From an uncultured Gammaproteobacteria bacterium (lineage in GTDB: Bacteria; Patescibacteriota; Microgenomatia; JAMCZE01), in NCBI GenBank assembly GCA_964609775.1, contig CAZSSJ010000002.1, positions 19,260 through 83,259 of the forward strand: DNA of 64,000 nucleotides, read 5' to 3'. Both the position numbers and the translations under genes were made by a program. Positions 55,257 through 63,588 of the stretch are shown in pieces (position 1 is the stretch's first letter; each line of letters opens with the position of its first letter). The notes below the pieces were generated by a model. The model saw only the letters and a list, made by a program, of their open reading frames with translations, was not told where the DNA came from and did not search any database.

Positions 55257-56462
55257 ATGCGTAAGATAGGTTATCTAGAGGGGTTAAGAGGCATCGCTGC
55301 GTTCATTGTCGTCCTTAATCATTTTGCCGTATCCTTTTTCCCGGCATTGTATAACGGAAAGATAACCCAGGCTCATACCTTATCCTGGCTAGAATCGGCT
55401 ATCGCTAGTAGCCCTATTAATTTTTTTTATAATGGCAACTTTGCCGTCGCTGTTTTCTTTGTTCTTAGCGGCTTTGTCCTCTCATACAACTATTTCAAAA
55501 CTCTACGTGTAGAGGTAATTGTGTCCGGAGCAATTAAACGATATTTCCGGCTAGTGATTCCGGTTGCCTTTACTGTCCTGTTGGCCTACTTATTCATGAA
55601 ATTTTCATTTTTCTTTAACAAACAGGCCGGAGAGATAAGTTATTCGACTTGGTGGCTATCAAGATATTGGGAATTTGATACCAATCTAATAGATGTTTTA
55701 AATACCGCATTTATTAGAGTGCTCTTTTTTGGTGATGTTAGATTTAATCACATATTGTGGACGATGCGTTATGAGTTTTTTGGATCCATAATTGTATTCA
55801 CGACGTTATTTATCTTTCGACAAAGAAGGTATCGATATGCGGCTTATATCATTCTTAGTTTATGGTTTTTAAGGTCATACTATCTTCCATTTATCCTTGG
55901 TTTGGTTCTCTCCGACCTATATAGTCTTAAAAGATACACAGTTAAACTAAATAAAGATTTAAAAAGAATTTGTCTTCTATTGCTGGGATTTGTTGGTTTA
56001 TATTTAAGTTCCTGTCCCAGTGGAGCCCCAATAAGAAATACAATCTATGCCCCCTTGTTTATCTTGGATCGTTATCCCTACACCTTTTATCACATCTTAG
56101 GGGCTTTAATGCTCATGATTACTCTTTTAAATTGGACAGCGCTGCAAAACTTATTTTCAAACAGACTATTTATCTTTTTGGGCAGAATATCGTTTTCTAT
56201 GTATTTGCTTCATTTGATAGTGATTGGTTCCTTATCCAGTCTACTGTTAATTATTTTGACTCACTATTTTACCTATCCTGTTGCAGCTATGCTCGTCTTT
56301 GTGATATCGATGCCGGTCTTAGTATTTACCTCCTATTTAATGTACGTGCTGGTGGATAGTAAGGGTACCATCCTATCTAAAATTATTTGTCGTTGGCTCA
56401 CTGGGTCAATCAGGCGGCAACAATTCGCCAACCAGTTTGTCCTTGGTGGCAAAAAATCATAA
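55257..56462 (+). CDS. Acyltransferase family 3 membrane O-acyltransferase (OafA/WecH-like)
   Basis: The motif IGYLEGLRGIAAFIVVLNHF is typical of the Acyl_transf_3 N-terminus. About 10 TM segments. Confidence 0.8.
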   Translation: MRKIGYLEGLRGIAAFIVVLNHFAVSFFPALYNGKITQAHTLSWLESAIASSPINFFYNGNFAVAVFFVLSGFVLSYNYFKTLRVEVIVSGAIKRYFRLVIPVAFTVLLAYLFMKFSFFFNKQAGEISYSTWWLSRYWEFDTNLIDVLNTAFIRVLFFGDVRFNHILWTMRYEFFGSIIVFTTLFIFRQRRYRYAAYIILSLWFLRSYYLPFILGLVLSDLYSLKRYTVKLNKDLKRICLLLLGFVGLYLSSCPSGAPIRNTIYAPLFILDRYPYTFYHILGALMLMITLLNWTALQNLFSNRLFIFLGRISFSMYLLHLIVIGSLSSLLLIILTHYFTYPVAAMLVFVISMPVLVFTSYLMYVLVDSKGTILSKIICRWLTGSIRRQQFANQFVLGGKKS

Positions 56463-56471
56463 AATAGATTT

Positions 56472-57284
56472 ATGGAAATAATCATTCGACCAAAAAGTGT
56501 CTTCAATCTAGATTTTAAAGAAATCTGGCATTATCGCGAACTTTTTTACGTCTTTGCCTGGCGAGATATTAAAGTCCGTTATAAACAAACAGTTTTAGGC
56601 ATCTCGTGGGCTCTTTTTCAACCTCTAGTTACGACTGGAATATTTAGCATTTTTTTTGGAAAAATTGCCAAAATCCCTTCTGACCATATCCCATACCCGT
56701 TATTTGTTCTTACTGGATTGGTTTTTTGGAGCTTTTTTTCAAATAGTGTTACGGCGGCAAGTCAAAGCATGGTCGCCAGTGAAAACATCATCAAAAAAGT
56801 CTACTTTCCACGCCTGATTATTCCACTTTCCTCAATTGTGACAGCCGGGCTTGACTTTCTAATTTCCTTTTTGATGCTATTACTAGTAATGGTTTACTAC
56901 CGGTATTTTCCTCAATTTACCAGCCTGCTAGTTCTCCCAGTGTTGTTGCTTACTTTAATTCTCACTGCTGGGGGAATCGGTTTATTTACATCAGCGATTA
57001 ATGTCAAATATCGCGATGTCAGATATATCCTGCCGTTTTTCATCCAAATTGGGCTCTTCGTTACTCCCATTATCTATCCAATAAGTGTTATCTTGGACTA
57101 CCGTAAATGGCTTCTGATTCTCAATCCTCTGACCTCAGTAATCGAAACAGCGCGTGCCCTCTATTCGGGCAAACCAATAAATTATTTTCTCATCTCTTTA
57201 GGCTTTGCGATTTCGGTCGTCATATTTTCTCTCGGCCTTTACTATTTTCGCAAGACCGAAGCTTTCTTTGCTGACGTCGCTTAG
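56472..57284 (+). CDS. wzm: ABC-2 type polysaccharide/teichoic-acid exporter permease
   Basis: Motif: FKEIWHYRELFYVFAWRDIKVRYKQTVLGISWALFQPLVTT. Six hydrophobic segments. It sits immediately upstream of the ATPase gene. Confidence 0.85.
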   Translation: MEIIIRPKSVFNLDFKEIWHYRELFYVFAWRDIKVRYKQTVLGISWALFQPLVTTGIFSIFFGKIAKIPSDHIPYPLFVLTGLVFWSFFSNSVTAASQSMVASENIIKKVYFPRLIIPLSSIVTAGLDFLISFLMLLLVMVYYRYFPQFTSLLVLPVLLLTLILTAGGIGLFTSAINVKYRDVRYILPFFIQIGLFVTPIIYPISVILDYRKWLLILNPLTSVIETARALYSGKPINYFLISLGFAISVVIFSLGLYYFRKTEAFFADVA

Positions 57285-57293
57285 ACTTTTGCT

Positions 57294-58574
57294 ATGGACA
57301 ATATTATTGAAGTCAGTGATCTATCTAAAAAGTACCGTCTCGGCCAAGAACAGCGCTATTACACGCTACGGGACAGCATTGCGTCTTTGTCTTCGCTTCC
57401 CAAACAGCTTTGGGGGGTGTGGGGAAATTTTAGCGAAATTCTTGAAAAAAATGAATTTTGGGCTCTTAAAGACGTTTCTTTTTCGGTCAAACGAGGCGAA
57501 GTTGTTGGAGTCATCGGGAAAAACGGTGCTGGTAAAAGCACTCTGCTTAAAATTCTGTCTCGCATCACTCCTCCAACCTATGGTCAAGCTCGACTGCGTG
57601 GTCGTGTAGCTAGCCTTCTGGAGGTTGGAACTGGTTTTAACCAGGAATTAACAGGCCGCGAAAATATCTTTCTCAACGGTGCTATCTTAGGCATGAGCCG
57701 CCAAGAGGTAAGAAGAAAATTCGACGAGATAGTCGCTTTTGCCGAAGTCGAAAGGTTCATCGACACGCCAGTGAAACGTTATTCTTCAGGGATGTATTTG
57801 CGCCTTGCCTTTGCCGTCGCCGCCCATTTGGAACCAGAAATACTTCTGGTTGACGAAGTCCTTTCCGTTGGTGATGCCCAATTTCAAGAAAAGAGTTTGG
57901 GAAAAATGCGCGAAATTACCCAGCAGGAAGGCAGGACAATAATATTTGTCAGTCACAACATGGGTGCAATTAACGCTCTTTGCAACCGGTGTTTATTGCT
58001 TGAACAAGGGCAGACTGTCGCTTTCGGCGAAACCGCCGAGGTCGTCACCAAATACTTATCGTCGAAAAGAAAATCAGTCAACAATATTTGGAAGATTCCG
58101 AAAAAACCGTCCGTCCCATTTTATGTTTCTAAAATGTGGTTAACTGACGAAAACGGGAAAGCTATTTCTCAAATAGAGATGGGAGAAAATGTTAACCTCA
58201 ATCTAGAAGCTAAAATTACTCAGGAAATCAGGGATGGAGTCCTTGCCGCTCTCGTCGCTACGGAAGGATCACCGCTTCTTTATATCTATGATACTGACAA
58301 CTCCCCAGAACTGCGTCGGAAGCGTCGGGTAGGTAAATATTTTGAACAGGTTCTCCTGCCCACATCCATATTTAAAGAAGGCGACTACACGATCAGTATA
58401 ATGATCGGCCACGGACAAGATAATCTCACCGACCAAAACTGTGAAATTTCCTTCAAGATCGTTAACACCAAAAGGGATTTGACACACCTCAGTTTCCGTA
58501 AAAACAGACTAGGATTTCTTTATCAGGAAACCCACTGGGAGGTGCGCCAACTTGGACGTCAAAAAGAGTACTAA
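57294..58574 (+). CDS. wzt: ABC exporter ATP-binding protein with a C-terminal extension (Wzt/TagH-like)
   Basis: Walker A GKNGAGKST, signature YSSGMYLRLAFA, Walker B ILLVDEVLSVGD. An extra ~170-aa C-terminal region (FYVSKMWLTDENGKAISQIEMGENVNLNLEA...) resembles a Wzt_C beta-sandwich. Confidence 0.85.
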   Translation: MDNIIEVSDLSKKYRLGQEQRYYTLRDSIASLSSLPKQLWGVWGNFSEILEKNEFWALKDVSFSVKRGEVVGVIGKNGAGKSTLLKILSRITPPTYGQARLRGRVASLLEVGTGFNQELTGRENIFLNGAILGMSRQEVRRKFDEIVAFAEVERFIDTPVKRYSSGMYLRLAFAVAAHLEPEILLVDEVLSVGDAQFQEKSLGKMREITQQEGRTIIFVSHNMGAINALCNRCLLLEQGQTVAFGETAEVVTKYLSSKRKSVNNIWKIPKKPSVPFYVSKMWLTDENGKAISQIEMGENVNLNLEAKITQEIRDGVLAALVATEGSPLLYIYDTDNSPELRRKRRVGKYFEQVLLPTSIFKEGDYTISIMIGHGQDNLTDQNCEISFKIVNTKRDLTHLSFRKNRLGFLYQETHWEVRQLGRQKEY

Positions 58575-59520
58575 CCACCTTGTCCGGTACTTAGACAGGG
58601 CCTTTGGAGTCAGATCAGTTTTTCCTCTAAACCCGGTCAGAAAAAGGGCCAGAAAGGAACTTCTTAGACGGCTATCATCCGGAATTTATAAATTCCAGGA
58701 GATAAATTGTCCCTCCTGTGCCAGTCATAGATTTACAATCTTGGCTAAACAGGACATGTACGCCCTGCCGCATCTTGTGGTCATTTGCCTCTGTTGCTCG
58801 CTGGTTTATACGCGACAAAGATTGACGGAAAAATCTTTGTCAAACTTTTATCAAAATCTCTACCAGCAGTTAGACCGGGGTAGGGATTTGCCAAAAGAAG
58901 AATATTTCCGTTTAGAATCTAAAAAAGGACAAGACATTTTCCACTATATGTTCAATAACTCTTTGCTACCTCCTAAAAACACACTCATTGTTGAAATTGG
59001 TTGTGGTGTTGGAGGCGTACTTTATCCATTCCGAAAGTACGGTTATGAGATAATAGGTTGCGATTTCAATCAAGACTATATCAATTTTGGCATCACCACC
59101 CGCGGTCTTAATCTAAAAGCTGGAGGATTGAAAGAGATATCAAAAGTCCTCTTTAAAAGCAAAAAGAAAGTAGGTCTAGTCATTTATGAACAAGTATTTG
59201 AACATCTACCTGACCCCAAAAAAGAATTAACACAACTTAAAAAAATTATGACATCAAACACTTTACTCTATCTTGGCGTTCCAGGAATTAAAAATATTCG
59301 TCATCACTACCAGGAAAATTTTCGTGCATTCCTTCAATTTCCCCATTTGACCTATTTTGAACTGTCAACTCTTAAATCTCTGCTTGCTAGTCAGGGATTT
59401 CAATTATTAAAGGGGACTGAGAGAATTAGAGGAGTTTTTAAACTGGGTCAGAAAAGAAATATCCTCCTCACCAACCCGGATGGGATTATAACCTATATTC
59501 AAAATTTGAAATTTATCTAA
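58552..59520 (+). CDS. Class I SAM-dependent methyltransferase with an N-terminal CxxC...CxxC zinc ribbon
   Basis: TTG start overlapping wzt by 23 nt. Motifs: CPSC..(x30)..CLCC, VEIGCGVGGVL (motif I), GCDFN and VIYEQVFEHLPDP. Confidence 0.7.
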   Translation: MDVKKSTNHLVRYLDRAFGVRSVFPLNPVRKRARKELLRRLSSGIYKFQEINCPSCASHRFTILAKQDMYALPHLVVICLCCSLVYTRQRLTEKSLSNFYQNLYQQLDRGRDLPKEEYFRLESKKGQDIFHYMFNNSLLPPKNTLIVEIGCGVGGVLYPFRKYGYEIIGCDFNQDYINFGITTRGLNLKAGGLKEISKVLFKSKKKVGLVIYEQVFEHLPDPKKELTQLKKIMTSNTLLYLGVPGIKNIRHHYQENFRAFLQFPHLTYFELSTLKSLLASQGFQLLKGTERIRGVFKLGQKRNILLTNPDGIITYIQNLKFI

Positions 59521-59532
59521 TTTGCCATCCCT

Positions 59533-60258
59533 ATGGCTTTGGAAAAGCAAGACCTAACGCTGCTCCTTAGATTAAGAAAACAATATCCCGAAGGAAAAAA
59601 TCTGTGTATTTTAGGCGATTGCACTTTTCATTTTACCGATGAAACACTCAATCGAAAGTGTGGAATTAAATTTAAAGGGCAAGCAAAACAGACGACTTTA
59701 AAGTCTTTTAGCCAAGCCTATGGCTTCGAAACAGCGGTGACTATAGATATTGACGGCAATCCAACCCTTAAATTCGATTTACAAAAGAAGCTCCCTCGGA
59801 ATTTGATCGGAAAATTTGATTGGGTTATTGATGCTGGCACGTTATTCTGGTGTTTTGATATTGCCGGGATTTGGGAAAATATCCTCCTGCTTCTTAAGCC
59901 TCACGGTTGTGTGTTTCACATTGATGCCTTAACCGGCTATTTTGGCCGGGGTTATTATTCTTTGCATCCACGGTTGTTTAGCGATTTCTATAGCCAGAAT
60001 GGCCTAAAAATTATTACGTTCGCTTACCGTCTCAGGCCACCATCCCTTAATATTATCGAAAAAAGGTTCCGGAGACTTGAGTGGCAACCTTTTCCGCCAA
60101 GCCACATGTTTTTAAAAAATGCGGATAAATTTAATATGGAATTTTCTGATAAAAACACCACGGACCCGTCAATTGTGCCAAATGATGCCGTTTTGGCCTG
60201 TTTCGCGGTAAGGGCGAAAAAAGTGCCTTTCCAAACCGTTTTACCGTCAAATATTTAA
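59533..60258 (+). CDS. Hypothetical protein, divergent methyltransferase-fold candidate
   Basis: The order of NLCILGDCT, TIDIDG, FDWVIDAGTLFW and LLKPHGCVFH mimics class I MTase motifs I, II, IV and post-IV, but the glycine-rich loop is degenerate. Confidence 0.35.
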   Translation: MALEKQDLTLLLRLRKQYPEGKNLCILGDCTFHFTDETLNRKCGIKFKGQAKQTTLKSFSQAYGFETAVTIDIDGNPTLKFDLQKKLPRNLIGKFDWVIDAGTLFWCFDIAGIWENILLLLKPHGCVFHIDALTGYFGRGYYSLHPRLFSDFYSQNGLKIITFAYRLRPPSLNIIEKRFRRLEWQPFPPSHMFLKNADKFNMEFSDKNTTDPSIVPNDAVLACFAVRAKKVPFQTVLPSNI

Positions 60259-60276
60259 TTACTTGAGTTAATACCT

Positions 60277-60915
60277 GTGCCAAATAACGCCGATATTCTT
60301 ATTGTTGTAGCTCACCCGGACGACGAGTCCTTATGGTTTGGCGAAGGAATTCACCAGCTGGTAGCTAGGGGCAAAAATATAATTGTCCTTTGCCTCTCAG
60401 GTGGATCAAATCCAATCCGAAGCGCCGAATTTAAAAAAGCCTGCTTAAGACTCAAAGTTAAAGGCAAGATGCTGAACAATCCTGATCGAGGGATGCCGCG
60501 TTTGCAGACTAGCCCAAGTGACCTAGATTTGGTCGATTGGCATCCCGAATATGTGATAACTCATGCACCGTGGGGAAATGAACGACATCATCCCCACCAC
60601 CAACAGTGCTTTCAAATCTCCCGGTCATGGGCTTTAAAAGGGGGAATTCCGTTTGGTTATTTCTCGGAAAAAAAACCTCTCATTCTGAATCCTTTAATAG
60701 AAACGATCGAGTTTTCAGTCAACCGTCCGAGGAAAAACGCCCTTTTGTCCATCTATGATTCAGAAATTTCCGGACTTCGCGACTACGAAGCCTACCACCA
60801 CGACAAGGAATATCTAATTATCGAGCGAAAATATTTTTCCCGCATTTCCAAGATATTCACTAGGCTTTGCCAAACCTTAAGTTCTATTTTCGAATCGCGA
60901 GGACCACGAACGTGA
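60277..60915 (+). CDS. PIG-L/LmbE-family N-acetylglucosaminyl deacetylase
   Basis: GTG start. The signature ILIVVAHPDDESLWFG (AHPDDE) is followed by HHPHH. Confidence 0.8.
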   Translation: MPNNADILIVVAHPDDESLWFGEGIHQLVARGKNIIVLCLSGGSNPIRSAEFKKACLRLKVKGKMLNNPDRGMPRLQTSPSDLDLVDWHPEYVITHAPWGNERHHPHHQQCFQISRSWALKGGIPFGYFSEKKPLILNPLIETIEFSVNRPRKNALLSIYDSEISGLRDYEAYHHDKEYLIIERKYFSRISKIFTRLCQTLSSIFESRGPRT

Positions 60916-60966
60916 GTTCGAGGCGTTGCGAGAGAAAAGAAACTGGCGAAGCCAAAACGAAAGAGA

Positions 60967-60986
60967 CCTCGGGCGTAAGCCCGAGG
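60967..60986 (+). terminator. Perfect 8-bp GC-rich stem with a GTAA (GNRA) loop in a 96-bp spacer
   Basis: CCTCGGGC-GTAA-GCCCGAGG, read directly. The following sequence (AGTTTCATAC) has only a weak U tract, so terminator function is uncertain. Confidence 0.3.
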
Positions 60987-61011
60987 AGTTTCATACAATT
61001 AAAATAATCAG

Positions 61012-62154
61012 ATGCCGTGCATATTAAAAAAACTGGCAAGGAAAAGTCCGGGTATAGTCACTTTTACTCATAACGAAGCCCTATATGGTTTACCGGCGAG
61101 ATCGCGTAAGGTTAAAAACTACATTACCCAAACCTCTGGGAAAAGATGGATTTATGGCGTTCATCTTCAGGGCAGCTTGAAACATCTGAAGGAGTGGCCA
61201 CTTGAGCCCTGGCAAGCATTCATTTCTTGGTCGAACCCAAAGTCCCCATTTCTGTCAAATGTCCCCACCGAAAAACTAATTGATATTAATCACATTAATC
61301 TTCTACCCGAATTTGGGTTTACCCCACGCCCTAAGATTTGGGACATCATCATTATTTCTCGGCCATCAAAAATTAAAAGAATTCAGGAATCAGTTTTCAT
61401 CATTAAAAAATTAATGTTGAAAAGACCTGAGTTAAAAACAATTTTTATCGTTCCAACTCCCAGTCGGCAAGCCAAAGACATTGACCGGAGTTTTTTTGAA
61501 TTGCCCAAAAGGTTATTTTCTACTAAAGAGATGAAAAATACATCATTTATTGTTTCACCGACTGAAAGTTTCGGAAATTTTCCCGTTTCCTCAGAACTAA
61601 TATCAAAATTGATTTCACAGTCAAAATTTTTACTGTTAACTTCTCACCGTGAAGGTGGGCCACGGGCGATTGGCGAAGCGCTTCTGGCGGGAACACCCTG
61701 CATTATATCTAAAAATTTAGACACGGGAATCGTGGGCGTTTTTGACAATAAAAATACTCTCACAATCGACGACAATATCGATCTAGCCACGCAGCAAATT
61801 AATCAAGGCTTGCAAAATTACTCTTCATTTAAAATTGATGATAAAAAAATCTGCCGCTTTTTCAGTGAGCGGCATAATAAGCCAATATTTAAAGCCAAAT
61901 TATCAAAACTACTAACACAAATGAGTTACCAGGTGGCGGGAGAATGGTATCTTGAAGATTTGTCTTTTCGGCTCTGCGGTCACGGTCGAAAATTCAGTTT
62001 TCAATCCCTGGACGACGACCGACAATTCTTTTTTTGGTTTGATAAGATTACTTCAGTAAATCCATATGATGAAGATGGTCTGATTTATCACCCCGAATCA
62101 TTATCAGACTATGCTCTTCGGAAACTAAAAAGGTTATGGCAGACAAGACGCTGA
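61012..62154 (+). CDS. Hypothetical protein, GT-B (GT4-like) C-terminal Rossmann domain candidate
   Basis: Motifs: WDIIIISRPSKIKR and LLLTSHREGGPRAIGEALLAGTPCIISKN (E-x7-E-like). The N-terminal half is not recognisable. Confidence 0.4.
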   Translation: MPCILKKLARKSPGIVTFTHNEALYGLPARSRKVKNYITQTSGKRWIYGVHLQGSLKHLKEWPLEPWQAFISWSNPKSPFLSNVPTEKLIDINHINLLPEFGFTPRPKIWDIIIISRPSKIKRIQESVFIIKKLMLKRPELKTIFIVPTPSRQAKDIDRSFFELPKRLFSTKEMKNTSFIVSPTESFGNFPVSSELISKLISQSKFLLLTSHREGGPRAIGEALLAGTPCIISKNLDTGIVGVFDNKNTLTIDDNIDLATQQINQGLQNYSSFKIDDKKICRFFSERHNKPIFKAKLSKLLTQMSYQVAGEWYLEDLSFRLCGHGRKFSFQSLDDDRQFFFWFDKITSVNPYDEDGLIYHPESLSDYALRKLKRLWQTRR

Positions 62155-63015
62155 TATTTTTTCTCCTCATGATTCCTGGCACCCTGCTCCTCGGAATCAA
62201 TGACGTTCTTGCTCGAAAGATTCTTCGTTCCGGGGTGGCCGACAGTCTTCTTGTGGGGCTAATGTTCTTGGCCTCGGGAGTTCTTGGCCTTGCCCTTTTA
62301 TCTCTTTTTGGTCTTCCGGAAATAAAAAATGGCTTTTGGCTGGTTTTTTCGGGAACTGTAATTCTCAATGTTTTTGGTCAGGTGGCTTGGTACCGAGCCT
62401 TCAAACTCGAGAGGTATCTTTACTTTCTCCACTGTGCCTCTTGACCCCGCCCCTCGTCATTTTCACCGGCTCCTCCTTCTTCACGAACAGCCAACACTTG
62501 CCGGTGTCAGCGGGATCCTGATTACCACACTGGGTTTGTTAGTCCTCCTCCAGCCGGATCTTTTATCAACAGAGCTAAAAATAAAAGCTGTTGTCTTGAG
62601 AAAAGGCGTGGTCTACGGCATTATCGGCGCCATCCTATTTTCCTTTTCTTTTCCCTTGGACAAAATCACCATATCAAAACCTTCAGGTCTCGTTTTGGCA
62701 GCTGGAATGAGTACGGCCGTCGGTCTAACGACCCTTCTCTACAGCCTTGTGACGAGCAGTGGACAGCGTGCTAATCCTCATCTTCTCATCAAAGAAAAAA
62801 CCCTCATATTTCTAATCATCACTATCTTTGCTGGCACCGTGCTCGTTTCCCAAGCCCTCCTCTACGCTCCCGTGGCCAACGCCGCCAGTGTTAAAAGGCT
62901 CTGGTCCCTCTGGGCTGTGATCTTGGGCGGGAAGTTTCTCCACGAGAGTCACATCAAAGAAAAAATTATTGCCACAGTCATTATGGCCTTGGGGATTTTT
63001 CTGCTCTCAGTTTAG
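62136..63015 (+). pseudogene. DMT/EamA-family transporter disrupted by two frameshifts
   Basis: Three overlapping ORFs (62136-62444, 62336-62521, 62368-63015) tile one EamA-like sequence. It reads ..QVAWYRAFKLE | EVSLLSPLCLLTPPLVIFTGSSFF | (L)HEQPTLAGVSGILITTLGLLVLL.., with frame changes near 62409-62413 (GAGAG) and about 62465-62480 (TCCTCCTTCTTC). Confidence 0.55.
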
Positions 63016-63588
63016 GGGTAGGGAAGTTGGGTCAACTCTTTTAGCCTGAAGTAATAAATTACAAAAATCTCGTACCGCGCCGCTACCAGCCTCCCGTGAT
63101 GCTGTGAAATGGGCGATGTCCTTGATAATCTTCTCCGCTCCGGCAGGGCAAGCCGCCAGACCGACCTTTTTCATCACTGGGTAATCGCCCAAATCATCGC
63201 CCATAAACGCACATTCATCCCAAGCAAGACCCAGTTTTTTCAGCCAATTTCCAACGACCTTGACTTTCCCTTCTCCCGCCGCCTGGACAAAAACGTCTAC
63301 TTTAGGCCACTTGCCGGATTTAGCCGAAGGCAAACTGTTTAATTTTTCAGCGAATTTTGGCAAGAAATTGTCGCCCGTTGCAGTGACAAAGCAGATTCTC
63401 AGGCCTATCCCGCGCAGAAGCGAAATCCCCTGGCCATCAACATGGCTTCTAACGCGTTGGACTTCACCCTTTTCGGAGTCAAACCAGACGGTCGCCGAAA
63501 AAAGGACCCCGAGCGACCCAAAGCCGGCCGCTTTAATTTTTTTAGCTTGAGCTAGAACCTTACTCTTTTGTGTCTTTCTTTTTACCAT
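63007..63588 (-). CDS. KdsC-like HAD-IIIA family protein lacking the DxD nucleophile motif
   Basis: Motifs HVDGQGISLL, CFVTATG, GEGKVKVV, FMGDDLGDYPVMKKVGLAACP and GSGAVRDFCNLLL align to KdsC. The position of DVDGVL reads LFSATVW, and there is no Asp in the first 37 residues. Confidence 0.6.
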   Translation of the reverse strand: MVKRKTQKSKVLAQAKKIKAAGFGSLGVLFSATVWFDSEKGEVQRVRSHVDGQGISLLRGIGLRICFVTATGDNFLPKFAEKLNSLPSAKSGKWPKVDVFVQAAGEGKVKVVGNWLKKLGLAWDECAFMGDDLGDYPVMKKVGLAACPAGAEKIIKDIAHFTASREAGSGAVRDFCNLLLQAKRVDPTSLPLN

